NCBI GenBank assembly: GCA_964234715.1
Contig: OZ174276.1
Reading direction: 5' to 3' (one strand)
DNA: 64,000 bases
Origin: Podarcis melisellensis
Taxonomy: Eukaryota
The position numbers were made by a program, and so were the translations under genes. The notes beneath the pieces are model-generated. The model had not been told where the DNA came from. It worked only from the letters and a program-made list of their open reading frames with translations, and searched no databases. Shown one piece after another: positions 38,015 to 51,949 of this stretch (position 1 is its first letter; each line of letters starts with the position of its first letter).

Positions 38015-38902
38015 TTGCTGTTTTAATTAAACTGCTTAGAGGTTTTCTCTAAACCATGTCATATTTTTTTAACCCCCACATTTTAGGCTAGAAACAGATT
38101 CTCATAGGGAAGACTGGCAATTTAGGACTTAAAAAAAACAAAAACAAAACCTTCTCACATCCACAATTTTCTCCAGTCAAATTTGCAGTAATCAGGTATG
38201 TGCCCACCTTTCAATATGGCAGCAGTGAGGCCCACAAGACTTCCACATTTGCACTGTGTAGCCATTGTGATCAAGCAATGTTTACTTGCACTTGAAATCA
38301 CAAGACATCAGGCATGGTGCAGGTAAAGGGTCAGGGGTAGCAAGACATCATGCCTTTGCTCTTATGGTTTGATATCAAATGCATGGGCAAAAACAGGTCA
38401 CAGGACATCACTGTGACATATTAGGTGATTGATAGGTGTTCAGCCCTGTCAAACCTAGCCCACGGGGTCAACAAGCATCCAGCTCTTACTCCTGCAACAT
38501 GGGAAGGAATCTTGCGTCTGACATACACTATGGGTCAGGAACAGTCTTCAGCTTTGGAATTCATCCTTGTTGTGCAGTGCTTCCATAACATTGGGAAGGC
38601 CCAGCAAAGCACGAAGTAGTCCCATCTCTCCTTCCAAGCGGGGATATAGGGACAAAAAAGAGATTGTCTCACTGTGCATCAGAGGTGTTGGGGCTACTTA
38701 TGCTTGCCATAGCAAGAACTTGTGGACCTCTGCTGCGTACCATGCATAATTATGTACCTGCTTGATCCAATGCATCAATGATCCTGTCTTACCATTTTCC
38801 TAAGTTTTTTTCCTTTGTCCTCATGAAATGCTACACCTTAATCTCATCATTTATTTGCATATTTTGTATTATACTTTCAGTGTTTAGTGATGCTTGGATA
38901 TA

Positions 38903-39117
38903 CAGTGGTACCTCAGTTTAAGAACTGAATTCATTCTGGAGGTCTGTTCTTAACCTGAAACTCTTCTTAACCTGAAGCACAACTTTAGCTAATGGGGCCT
39001 CCCGCTGCCACTGCACGATTTCTGTTCTCATCCTGAAGCAAAGTTCTTAACTCGAGGTAATATTTCTGGGTTAGTGGAGTCTGTAACCTGAAGCGTATGT
39101 AACCCAAGGTATCACTG
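38903..39117. mobile_element. Same MITE family
   Basis: TA-flanked TIRs; internal match to the other copies. Confidence 0.85.
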
Positions 39118-40029
39118 TAGAATATCTTTAGCAAGCATTATGTTGGAAGACTGCCATGTTCTTGCTCCTCAACAATTACATGAAAGTCTACTAAAATGAC
39201 GTTGAATGTTTCACTGAAGTATTAGCAGAATGACCAACAATTTCTTTCAACCAATAATTATCCCTCATCCTCAGCTTAAGACACAAGCTTCTGCAAAAGA
39301 CAGAGCTAGCTTACCGCTCTTATGGTAAAGCCACAACACAATTTTGAGAAGACTGCAGTGTAAGCACTCAGTTTAGCACAAACCTTAGGGTGAAGTCTGT
39401 TCACAGTCCTTCAGTGAAAACTTAACAGGATAACTATTGTTCACAACTTGCATCATATTTAAAGGTTGTGAATATAAGTGCTATGCCCTAACCATGTTAA
39501 TAACAAGTGGTAGAGCAAGCTAACTTCAGAGACCAACTTCACCGTGACATGTACAAAATCTCAAAATATTCAAATGTTTTGTGTTAATATTCTTACATTG
39601 CCTTATTACTATGAAAATTGTTCCCATTTTATTTACTAGGTTGTGGTAGTCTTAAGTTTTCTAAAGCCGCAATATGGAAGTATGCACCTTTTGAAGCAGA
39701 TTTATTTCCAAGCCAGAAGAGTGAGAAAACAGACCATAAGATGAAAACACTGCATATGTTTCCCAAAACTCAACTGCAAAAACAGGTGTCATAACTTAAT
39801 AGTACCACAACCTGCTATAATAAAATTATTCCAAACAATACAAAAGCAAATACTATAAAAGTTAACTATCAGCACCAAAATGCCTAGACTTGCTTTCTTC
39901 TGTTTTGTTTTCTGTTTTTGCTTCGTTCACCAAGCTGGAAAACTCAAAAAGGAATGTAGCACTTATCTTCTAAATAGGTGGGAGCTATGGAGAAAGCTGA
40001 ACTGAGAATGAACCTTTTCCTTGAGAGTA

Positions 40030-40238
40030 CAGTGGTACCTTAGGTTACATACGCTTCAGGTTACAGACTCCACTAACCCAGAAATATTACCTCAGGTTAA
40101 GAACTTTGCTTCAGGATGAGAATAGAAATCGTACTGTGGTGGCGCGGCAGCAGCAGGAAGTCCCATTAGCTAAAGTGGTGCTTCAGGTTAAGAACAGACC
40201 TCCAGAACGAATTAAGTTCTTAATCCGAGGTACCTCTG
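40030..40238. mobile_element. Same MITE family
   Basis: TA-flanked TIRs; internal match. Confidence 0.85.
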
Positions 40239-40359
40239 TACTGAAGATCATGAAAGGATGCACTTTCATTACATGTACAATTGTACATGTTTATTACAGG
40301 GTTAATAGGCATGAAGGTGCCTCAAAATGTTTCTTTGAGTATTCATACAGTCTTCTCAC

Positions 40360-40491
40360 CTGTCGTTCACAATAGGCTTTCATTAGTTTGCTAAGTGGTG
40401 TATGCCTTTTAATCTTAAACTGCACCACAGATCCATCTTGCCCTGCAACCTTCAGATTAATGTGGTCATTATTTTCAGTCTTCACACCTTC
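40360..40491 (-). CDS. SUMO2: SUMO2 exon 2
   Basis: [44 protein letters not shown]. Confidence 0.97.
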
Positions 40492-42699
40492 CTGTAAGGG
40501 AAGAAAAAGCATAATGATTTTAAAGTTATTCCATCTCGTAATGAATCCTCAAGTTCAATACGCATTATCACAACCAGAGTTCTCAAAGACTAGCCACTAC
40601 AGCGCTGTTTCAGAAATATCATTCATTAGTAAGTGGTTTTAGTGGGCTGTTGCCAACTAACAAATGGCCCATAGTAGACAGGTCAATTAGATCACTGCAA
40701 CTATTTCTATGCTTTGTGTTCTGAACTAAACATAGATTTCACTTGATTTATCTACTATACAAGATTCACAACAATACATGGCAATACTAAAGCTAACAAA
40801 CCTCATTAAGTTTGCAATTCTACACAAACTTACCTGGAAGTAAGCACAAGTGAGCTCAGTGGGGCTTACCTACTCAGACATTTCATTTTAAATCACCCAA
40901 TAAAACTGACCAGCACTATATAATGATGAATTTAAGAGCCAAAGTGCTCTTGACTTACTATATGGGGAAAGAGTTTTAAAGGTTAAGGCAGCAGCATGCA
41001 GCTGTAAAGAGCACAATAGTTAATTTTATCCTTCTTAGGAAAGCTACAGCTATTCTTGGAGCTTTAGCTACAGACCTGACAATTACCAACACCTCTCTTG
41101 CTTTATTTAAACTAAAGGCAAGCATTAAGTTATTGTTCTAGTGCATTTATGTACACAACTCTGAAGCACAGCCTCATAATGCATGCAATTATTGTTTTAT
41201 TCTGTCCCTTTAGCATAATGAGAACAGAACTACTTCTCTTTTTCTTTCTTAAAATAACTCCACCACTGCAAAAAAGAAAAAAGAAAAAAGACATTTTCTT
41301 AGCTAAGTTTTGGATCTGGGTTTAGGGTTCAAATCTCCTCTGCCATAAAGTTCACAGGGTGTTATTGAGCTAGTCACTGTCTCAGCCTTAAACTATTTCA
41401 CTGGTTATGGGGATCAAATTGGGGGGGATGCAATCCACCTTAAATTATATCCAGAAACACTGGATATAAATATAATAAATAAGAGGAAAAGAAAAATAAT
41501 GTATCTTAAAATGTGCTTATCTTCTCTCACTCAACAGGGTTAAAAAACAACTACCACCACCACCATGAAGACACCTTAAGAGCTTTTTATCTTTTATCTT
41601 AAGGAACTTAAGAAACAAAAAGTTACTTTGCAAGCATGCCCACCATTTTTTAAAAGTAGATAGCACCTACTAGTCTGGGTCTGGGTAAGGTTCCTCCATA
41701 CGATGCTGTAAGCTATGCAGGTATGCTGGGGTGCCACTTAAAAGGGCATCGTTTGACCTTAGGAACATTCCCTATTTCTGATCGCTAGGAGCTCAGAGCC
41801 TCATGGCACAACTCGTACCTTTGAAGAATCCATGACTATGACCATCCCATTAAGTTCACAGTACGCCCGACTCCACACAACAGACGTTCCCTATGGCCTA
41901 CCTCCGATGCACCTAAGACACACGCACGAAAATACAAAAACCACAGGCGCCACAGGGCCCTCACGCTGCAAGGCTTTGCAGAGAGCTCCTGGAAAGCGCT
42001 GCAGCGAAGCCCCACACCTCCGATCTCGCCCTTGCACACTCCCGCACACAAAGCAAACTCCATCCAAAAGGCACGCACGCACAGAACACCACCACCGTCG
42101 CCCCCTTTTGTAAAAAAATAATAATAGTAACGTTCCTCTGTTCAACCGCCTTGAGCGGCGGGCGGGATCCCGCGGAGTCCGCGAGAGGAAAGGGGTTTTT
42201 CGCGCAGCCAACGTTTTGGCGCCTCCGAAGTCACATTTAAAACGAGGCGTACGTCGGAAAAGGAAGGGAGGGAAGGAAGGAAGGAGGGAGGAAAAGGAAA
42301 AGCCAGGCCACCCAGAGGCCAGTTACCTCCGCGGGAAGCGAAAGAGGGGTTACCTGCCGCCCAGGGGCCACTTAGGGAGGACAGCAAGCAGCGTGCAGGG
42401 CGGCCAGGAAGGAAGCGACACAAAGAGGGGCCTTGCCATCGCCATCGCCACCCCCCTCGCCGGTCAATAAAGCTGCGGCCGGCGCCCAGCACACGAGGGA
42501 CTAGCGCCTCTTTCTTGCAAAGGGAGGGGGCCACAACATCAACAACAGAAACCCGAGAGGGAAGGGGCCGTTCCGCAGCCCTCCGCAGGGGCAAGGGAGG
42601 CTCGCCGCTGTAAGGAAAGGCGAGCTCCTCGAGGGGGCACCCCCATCCCTTCCTCCCCCTCCCCCTAGAAAGAAATCCGATTAAGGCGGAGAGGGGGAG

Positions 42700-43270
42700 G
42701 GGGTGGAAAATGGCGCGCAAGAACCGGCGCGGCGGAGCCGACGCTGCGCCGCCTCCGTCCCCGCCGCCCGTGCCGGCTCCGTTGCCTCCGCTCCCCGCCG
42801 TCTTCGCTCACCTTGGGCTTCTCGTCAGCCATGGCGAGTTCAGCGGGGGCCGGTCCGCTGCGAGCACCTCACGCGAGCAAGTGGGGGGACGGAAGGATGA
42901 AAAAAGGCGACCGCGACGGCCGAGACAGAAAGACTGGGGGAGGGGGCGAGTGAGCGCGCACGCACTGCCGCGGGGCCGCGCCTGAGCCTGCGAGAGCGCG
43001 CACGCACGGCCTCCCCCCTCCCCCTCCAGTCCGCTCGCCATTGGGCCTCGGCGGGGCGAGAGCGCGCAGCGCCGTTACATAACTCGGAAGAGAACGGCGG
43101 AGGGAGGAGGCAATGGCTGCGTGCGTGCGCGCACCCAGGGGGCGTCGTCCGCGCCCCTACCCAACGTGCGCGCGCCCCGATGGGCGCAGCGAGCATTGCT
43201 CTTGCTCGTGAAGAGGGTATTGTCTTTTCAAAATGGCCGCCGGGCCTGGGAGACTGCAGAGATCTCCAGC
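42700..43270 (-). promoter_or_regulatory. SUMO2 CpG-island promoter
   Basis: GC/CpG-rich. YY1-like AAAATGGC at ~42707 and ~43230; NRF1-like TGCGCGCA at ~43126; GTTACATAAC at 43074-43083. Confidence 0.65.
42812..42832 (-). CDS. SUMO2: Small ubiquitin-like modifier 2, exon 1 (MADEKPK)
   Basis: gccATGG Kozak, |gtgagc donor, CpG island 41850-43270. Confidence 0.96.
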
Positions 43271-44189
43271 TAGCCAATTCGCACTTTCCATCAAGTTACC
43301 ATTGCTATGATTTACATGGTCCTGCTAAACAGCAAATCTCTCTGCCTTTTCAATTGTTCCTTTTCATTTGGTTAATGGGGTAGCCACGTTAATCCTTGTT
43401 AGATTTCTGTGTACAACCATTCTATCTCTGTTGCACCAGATATCACCCAAAGTAGGTCCCTACTTTCCCGGATGTTAGCTGAAGTTTTCTTGTACCAACT
43501 CCATAATTTCTCTTTGTATCCCACTAAATAAATTGTCATTCATGCATATGTTAAACTGCTATTACACTGAAGTGTGCCTATCTACTAATAAAAAACTACA
43601 AAATATCAGATTTCCTCATTACCTTACATGGAAACTGAACCTGTACACTTTACTAATATTCACTGATAATTTCTTTTCACTTTCCAAATTAACACACCTT
43701 GATCTCAAATGTCCAGAAAGAAAAGCACACTGGTTCTGGAATAAACCCATCACTGATGTTTTAAGAAAGGATATTTACATAATCCTCAAATATGAACAGG
43801 AAAATTGTGTTGCTATTTTCATAAACTTGCTTTAATCTCTGAATATCCTAGTGGAACAGTGGTTTCCACTGCTTTCATTTATCAGGGGTTCCTTGATGAG
43901 AAGGGCAGATAAATTTCCCTGAAAAAAATTCACTACTGTTTATCTTCCCTGCATAGTGCAGTCACTGGGAAGTATTGAGTGAATTCTTAGTTCACCTGGG
44001 GCCCAGCAGACTTGCCGGTTTTCCACACTGTGTGCAAATAGAAATTAGAAGACAATTAATGTGTGTGATAGAGAATAGGCATAAATGCACAAAAAGCAAA
44101 TGGTCAACTATTGTATTTTTGGGCAGAGCAATGCTATAGCTTTGGTACACCAGAATACCACTAATGCTGTTGGTGTAACATAGTTCATA

Positions 44190-44835
44190 TTTGGTCCCCA
44201 CTCTGTGCTTAGCTCTCACCAGTGGTTCCTAGAAGCTGTCAGCATATGACGGCAGCCACACCCTAAAAAACAGCTTCCACTGACCAGCTAAACCAGATGA
44301 GGGTAGCCAGTGGGTCTCAGTCCTCTGTTAGGGAATTTCCTATGCATGCAAAGACAGCCTCCAATGGACTGAGCGGACGAGACCAATAATGGGACCAACA
44401 GTAAAAAAGATGATTTCTGCATGTGCTGTAGAGGGATATGAGGGGCCGATGAGTCTTGTCAACCTGGGAAGGTAGCCCATCTAGGAGATGGAAAACTCTG
44501 ATCCTAAACCTCTGCTGCCTTGCGGGATATCTTTGGGAGAAGAAAAGGCTAAGGAGTAAACCAAACACAAATCTGGAGTGGAGTCCCTATAATGGTTGAA
44601 AAATGCCTTGTATGCCTTTTGGCAACTCCTGCAGCCAAGCTGGTGCCAGACGTATTACTCTGCTTTCCTTTACATCACAGCAGTGAGGCTAAGAGGAGGG
44701 TCATGTCATCAGGGCAGTCTACAACCTCTATACACACTGTCCAAGCTTGTGCCCTGAGGAGGTCACTTCAGTGCTGCTAATGCAGCAGTTTGACTTCACC
44801 CTTGCAGGCGCACTTCATTTTCTCTCAGGACAGAA
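44190..44835 (+). mobile_element. Probable RTE-related non-autonomous repeat
   Basis: ggtagcccatctaggagatggaaaactctgat motif and short (CAA)-like tail. Family assignment is from recall only. Confidence 0.35.
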
Positions 44836-45204
44836 GGATATCAACAAGAACAATTCTTGCTCAGCTCGAAAGATGAAAAGTCCCCCCAATCACAGAATGG
44901 ACCACTGATGATGTCCATACTTGCAGCCTCCATGGTAGCACTGAGGACTTCCACCAATCATGTGTCAGCCCTATGACAGTGCCTCCATGGAAGAATCCAA
45001 TCCATTCACAGCAACTAATTGACATTTCCATGACATATCCCCATTTCACTCTGCACACAACACACCTGGCACAATGACACCACAGCAGCAGCAACTGCAT
45101 AAATTAATATGCACAAGTAGGAATAAATCAATAACTGGGAGTTCCAAGAGATCCTCATACACCGGTTTGAATCTTAATCCCACACAGGTTTCCATGGCAC
45201 AATA

Positions 45205-45429
45205 CAGTGGTACCTCGGGTTAAGAACTTAATTCGTTCTGGAGGTCTGTTCTTAACCTGAAGCACCACTTTAGCTTATGGGGCCTCCTGCTGCCGCCGCG
45301 CCACCACTGCACGATTTCTGTTCTCATCCTGAAGCAAAGTTCTTAACCCAGGGTAATATTTCTGAGTTAGCGGAGTCTGTAACCTGAAGCGTATGTAACC
45401 TGAAGTGTATGTAACCCAAGGTACCACTG
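45205..45429. mobile_element. Same MITE family
   Basis: TA-flanked TIRs; internal match. Confidence 0.85.
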
Positions 45430-45794
45430 TAGTTCAAGACTAACAGGGTGGGGGATAGAAGCCTTTTTGTAGGCATGGAAAGAAACTAGGAAAGCACCTA
45501 TCATACACAAGAGCAACTTCCATTAGCTCACTGAGAAGGGCATGGAGTTGAGAAATGAAACACGAGTTCAAGTCCCACTAAGTGGATCTGGAGTGAAAAG
45601 GTCCTCCTCACCTTCTGAATGCTAGGCTGGCAACAGTCGTATAAGAGTGAGAAAATGAGAGAACCCCTGAGTCAAAACCTCTGCATATTCTTCAGAGCAG
45701 GTCTGTGCCTATTCAGCTACAACAGGAGACAACCAACATGGCCAATTTATCACCTCGCACCTGTCAGCATGGAGAGATAGCTCAGGTTTCACAT

Positions 45795-46110
45795 GTAAAG
45801 GTAAAGGTATCCTTGACTGTTAGGTCCAGTCGCGGACAACTCTGGGGTTGTGTGCTCATCTCACTCTATAGGCCGAGGGAGCCGGGATTTGTTCGCAGAC
45901 AAATGTGGCCAGCATGACTAAGCCGCTTCTGGCGAACCAGAGCAGTGCACGGAAATGCTGTTTACCTTCCCGCCAGAGCGGTACCTATTTATCTACTTGC
46001 ACTTGACGTGCTTTTGAACTGCTAGGTGGGCAGGAGCTGGGACCGAGCAACAGGAGCTCACCCCGTTGCAGGGATTCGAACTGCCAACCTTCCGATCGGC
46101 AAGCACTAGG
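45795..46110 (-). mobile_element. Sauria SINE, 5'-truncated
   Basis: Reverse complement of the copies above, with an (aaaggt)n tail. Confidence 0.85.
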
Positions 46111-49100
46111 ATACCCCAGATTCAAACCCAGCATTCAAATCCACTGATATGGGACCCCGAAAATGGGGTGCCTTAGCCATTCAGCTATTTTGGTTCGTCT
46201 CTGTCAATGGCAACCTATACTGTTCTGTGTGTCAGGCTAGTTATCATTTCAGTAGGCCTCGTTGTTCTACCAGTTATCCCATACATACGGCATAGTAGCA
46301 TCAGTCATCCTACTTGTGCCCTCTGAGAGGCCATCTGGCTTACAATGCAGAATATGAGTGAGCAGAGTGTCAGGGTGACTCACCAGAGCCTTTGCAGCAA
46401 CAAGGTTCCAACAACCCCCAGCTGAAGTGAGATTAAAATAAGGAGAGGGGAGGGTATCCTAGCAACAAAGAAATAGCACAACACCTTAATTAAAGCTTGT
46501 ATTGAATGGTATCTGGGATGGAGTGGGTTCTGAAAGTCAGAAGGGCACAGGGGGGCAGGAAGCTGCCAACTAGTCATCACAGCAAAGCTCCTCTGCCTTT
46601 GACAGTGGAATAAAATACAGCAAAGTAGCAAGTGTCTCTCATGGCTCAGTTTCCTTACACAACTGTGGCATGGAGCTGGCAAAGGTACCGGAGCCTGTCT
46701 TTAACAAGTAGGTTTGGCAATGCAACCCTTCAGAAGTACAGCTGGAAGTCCTCTGACGATTGCTTACTAGTCACACCGAGCTGCTGTGGAGAGCAAAGGC
46801 GGAGAATGAAGAACAAGCAACTGCCATCACGTTGGTGCCCAGAGTCCCTAGGCCTCGATGCATAATAAGTGTTTGTGAGGAAGTTTATAGAGGGAGAGGC
46901 ACCACTTCAGCGCTGCTCCACTTGTATCAACCTTTCCCCCACTGTGGGGGAGTGGGGAATAATACAGTGATTGAGTAAATACGTACCTCTTCCCTGTAGG
47001 GAGTTGCAAACTTGATAAAAGCTTTGCTGGTTCAGAACAAAATTCCATCTAGTCCAGCATTTTTCACAGTGGTCAACCAGACCACAGCAAGACCCCGCTA
47101 TTGTAGTTGTTCTCCAGCACACATTATTCAGAAGAATAATGCTTCTGATCATGGTTTAATATAGCCATAATGACCAGTAGCACTTGGCAGCCTTGTCCTC
47201 TTTTAATGCCATCTACATTGTTGCTCATTGGCACATCTTGTGACAACAAATCCATTAGTGAATTAGTGAAGCAGTGCATGAAGAATTATTTATTTTTGTC
47301 TCTCCTCTATATCCCACCTTCCACCTTCACTGAATGGCTCTGGGTTCTAAATGTTTCAAAGAGGAAGAAAAACCTTTGTCCCCTTCTCCACATGTCTCTC
47401 TCATGTCCCCGTCCTTTTATTTTTTAAAATACCCAATGTCAGGCCTAGCAACAGCAGTCACCATTGGCAGGTACTTACCAATGGTCCATGCCTACTGGAA
47501 GGCACATCAACTGATTAGCTGTCTTGTTTAGCCTGAGAGGCAGTAGCCTAGCAACAGGGGTAGATGGAGAGGCAGGTCCTCCAGCAAGTGGAACCACTGG
47601 TGCTCACCAGTTAAAATCCTCCACGCTGTCTCTGGAACCCCAAGGAATATTGCTAAAATGATCCTACGTTCTTGGGAAATGCCCCAGAGTTACTGTGGTA
47701 CCAGCAGCAGCCAGTGAGACTAAATTTCCCCCCTGCTGCATGCCAGGCTTAGTACCCACCTACCTCAAGGTAAGTGGGAGCCATCTCTACCACCCAGGGA
47801 GACAGGGCTTATCTTCAACCACCTGTTTCCATGGCCCCTTTAACTGCTACCTCCTTGGCTTCCCAACTTGGTGGACAGCCTTACTGCCATATCTTCCCCC
47901 ATTTTAGTTGAAGGAATTGTTTTGGAACATTTCTCAATCCCTTTTTGATTTTACCACCCTGAATGATGTGTCATTCATGAGCTTCGCCAAATCGCCATGT
48001 CATCTCTCATCCTTAGTTCAGTTTCATTTAAGAGCATGTTAAAAAGCACCAATCTCACTATAAACCCTTTGTGGGACTGGGGCGCATATTACATCCTTCC
48101 ATTTTTAGAAATCTCCATTTATTCTTGTTCTCTGTTTTCTGTTCTCTTTAACTAGTTACCGATCCATAGGATGGTCATATTCCACAGACTACATTTATTC
48201 AGGAGACTACAGTGAAAGTCTTCCTGCTTCTTTAAGGGGATTACATTCTGCCTCTCAGGGCAAAGCCTGCTGAAGGTGGTTTTACAAAAGTTAATTAGCT
48301 TCAGACAACAACAACAACAATTTTATTATTTATATGCCATCTATCTGACTGGGTTGCCATATAACACAATAATTTTCCTTTAAATACATAGCAAGAACAT
48401 TGTGCTTTCAAATAATTTACAATACAATCTACATGTAATGCTTTTAGTCAAGGTCTTCCCATAAGCTTCTTTCTGTTCATCCACCTACGGTCCCTACTGA
48501 TGCCTTGTCTCATCAATCAAAGTTGTACTGCCCCATTATAGCTTCCTCCACCTGCTGCCTTTGATGGTCCAATGTCTCCCTTTGTGCTTGCACTAATGAT
48601 GAAACTATTTCGGAATCTGAGTAGCCTTCCCTTTCAAGCATGGCTCATTAGATTATCTGGACTTTCTGTTCTCCAAATCCTTTCAAGGACTCTCATCTGC
48701 TGGAGTATCCAGGCAACTGGAGGAGTAACCATGGAGGGGCTGTTCAGAGGAAAGGAAACAAGCCCACAGGAGCCAAGGTTCATATGTCACAACAAATTGG
48801 AATCTGGCTTGTTTAGGGTTTGTTTCCCCCCCTTCACAGCACAGTCAGGAGCAAGAGAAGAATAAAGTGTTCATGCACATTAAAACATACTTTATTTTAA
48901 ATGATGAACATAAACATAAGAATATATGAAGAGCCTGTTGGATCAGGCCATTGCCCCAGCTAGTCCAGCATCCTGTTCTCAACAATGGTGATCAGATGTG
49001 TATGGGAAGCTCACAAGCATTACCTTGAGTGCAACAGAACTCTCCCTTCTTGTGGTTTCCAGCAATTGGTATTCAGAGAGAGCACATGGCTTCTGACAGT

Positions 49101-50401
49101 GGAGATAGAACATAGCCGTCAAGGTTGCAAGCCATGATAGCCTTATCCTCTGTGAATGTGTCCAATTCTGTTTCAAAGTCATCCACAGATTAATTAAGCG
49201 GATAAACTGGACTTTTCCCATTTGCTTGCTCTCCTTCAAACACAAAAGAGTAAAACAGATTATGGGTTGCATCCAGAGAATTAGGTAGAACCCACAAAAC
49301 ACATTTAGAACACACTGTTCTCCCCAAAGAATCCTAGGAACTGTGGTTCACAAAGGTGCAATTCCCAGCACGCTTAACAAACTACAGTTCCCAGGATCCT
49401 TTGAGAGCTCACAAACAACACCATCTCCCGTGACACAGATAATCTGCTCTTCTTGTTCCCAGCGTACTGAAATCAGAGCTATGCTACCTCTGAACATGGA
49501 GGTGTCATTTAACTGCTATGGTCTATTACAGCCTTTGATAGACGTGTCCTCCATAAATATGTCTAATCCTGTGAAACTGCAATCTGAAGTAAACCATTGG
49601 GTATTACCACAGGTTCCATAATTCTGCACTATCTAAAGAGGTAATTACTTTGGACATGTCTAGATCTACCATTAATCAACTTCAGTGGTTGTCTCATAGT
49701 ATTCTAAATATGGCTACATCACATAATTACTAAATCACTTTTATACCTGCTGTTCCTCACTACTTGGAGAGGAAAATAAAGTGAAAGAAGCTAAAAAGCA
49801 CTACTGCTATGTTGTTCTGCAGAAGTATTTGGGAACTGAAATTCACTTTATCCACCCAGTTGTCAGCTATGAAAGAGATATGGAGAATATAATATTAGTT
49901 AATGCAAACTGCATGTTCAAGATTATTTTTCTCAAGTTAAATATTTATCCTATATTTATTTTATAGTTTAATGCTCTTTATAAAATGTACATGATTCAGA
50001 GTTAATGAAAACAACATTTTTAGAATGTTTTAACCAGAATATGTATAAGCATGTTTTTTAAAAAAATTGTTATCTACTATGGAGAAATAGGAAAAGAGAT
50101 AAACATAATTCACATATTTTCAAGTGCTAATGTAGCCACGCCATGATCCTATTAAGTGGAGGTTGCCAGGGGTGGCCCAAGGTGTTGCAGCACCTGAGGC
50201 GAAATGCCCCACTGCTGCCCCTGTGATGAAGAAGCTCTTGTGGAGAAGCCCTTGTGGAGTCTCCCACACAGGGAAAGCTGGGGAGATCATTTATGGGTCC
50301 CCTCCTCCTTCCCAGCAGCGGGGTTTTGCACTGGCTTCTCCTTTTAGGAGAAAAGCCCCACCACTGCTGGGTGGTGGGGGAAGATCTCCCCCCCCCCCCA
50401 G

Positions 50402-50990
50402 TGACATGCCACTCCAACAGGGAGCCAGCAGGAAATCGCACCAAGCTAGTTGGAGTTAACTCTTTATTAGCACAAACAGGATCTGTGCAGTGGTGTCAGG
50501 CCTAATAAGCACAACACATATCTCCAGCAGGTCTTGCCCTTATAAAGCATTTGCTGAGACTGAAGGTCTTGCCTCCCTACCGCTGCCTAAGTCCCCTCCT
50601 CTTCAAGGTTTCCCCCAAGCAATTTGAGACAGTACCTGTGTGAAGCTAACATCTGCTCTGCCCTCTTCATGCCTCTTCTGGGCCTGGGAGACCAGAGGGG
50701 AGGGGAGCTTGTTGCAGCAGGAGGGGGAGATACCTGTGCCTCTTCACCAGCCAGACTCATCTCTGCCTCTTGGCTTCCCTCCTCTACTGCTTTACCTTCC
50801 GTCACTGAGTCTGGACTGCTTTCTGCCACAGCCTCTTCCTGCTCACTAAACCCTGTTACCTCTTCAGCTTCCAGGATCTCCTCCTCCCAGCCTGCTCCCT
50901 CTGACCACTCATTGTCATCCCACCACCACTCCCCTGGCGCTAAGCCAGCTTTGCTTCCCTTGGGTGTTCCCCAGCTGCTTCCTCCCACCA
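50402..50990 (-). mobile_element. Probable solo LTR
   Basis: TG...CA on the minus strand; purine-rich U3-like part followed by TTATAA and AATAAA. No TSD found. Confidence 0.5.
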
Positions 50991-51494
50991 AGAAATACGT
51001 CCAAACTAGTTCAGTGTCACATTTCCTCAGATAAGTGGTCTACAGAACTGTAGCCAAAGCACTATTCGAGTAGATATGTTAACTCAAATATCTCAGGTCC
51101 AAGGCCAACACGTGTTCACACAATCAGTTGGGAGAATATAAAACAGTTTGGATTGCATTAGCTGTAGGCAAGAATCCAACAGGCAATCCAAGGGTAAACA
51201 GTGAACCAGAGAAAACCAATTTTGTGATTTGGTTGTGAATTTATACCCCCACTGTGGGCCAGCTAAGACTTCTAACTCTTGTTACCAGGAAGGGACAGAG
51301 CCTTAAGCAGAAGAGGGGAGCCTGGCAGAAAAAAACCAGCAGCTTGGGGAACCTCATTGCGAGGCAGGGGCAAAACTAGGCTTTATTTCACCTGGGTCAA
51401 AGGCCCAGTTTGATACCCCCCCCACATATTTGCATGCACACATACACAGGCAGGGAGCCTCAATGGTGCTCACCTGGAGCAAAAAAACAAACAA

Positions 51495-51760
51495 CCCCGT
51501 AGCTAAGCCTCTTGAGTGAGGTTACTAGGGAACCAGGCAGAGACCCTTCTTGGTATTCGAGCCCACCTTGTGGAATGCCCTCCTGCCAGATGTCAAGGGG
51601 AAAAAAACTACTTGAGTTTTTAGAAGACAGCCCTGTTTAGGGAAGTTTTTAATGGTAGATGTTTTATTGTGTTTTTAATGTATTTTGTTGGGAGCCGCCC
51701 AGAGTGGCTGGGGCAGCCCAGTCTGATGGACATCATTTAAATAACAAATTGTTGTTGTTT
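51495..51760 (+). mobile_element. L2 LINE 3' fragment
   Basis: Matches the reverse complement of ~16190-16430 (gggagccgcccagagtggctgggg). Confidence 0.8.
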
Positions 51761-51949
51761 CTGGGCACAGAGTTTTAGGGAGTCTAGATAGATAGATATT
51801 GCAGTTCCAATATATATTGGAAGAACTGCAAGGACAAGTGAAAGCTTTGCAGCCCTACATCTAGCGGACACTGCAATAAGTATTCCTCTCTGCTGCCACG
51901 ACTACCCTAACAGCGCTCTTTCCAGCTCCACCACCCCAACTGCAACAAC

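Noticed and set aside
50587-50991. Acidic 134-aa ORF
   Set aside because: Lies in the purine-rich U3-like part of a probable solo LTR; non-ATG start.
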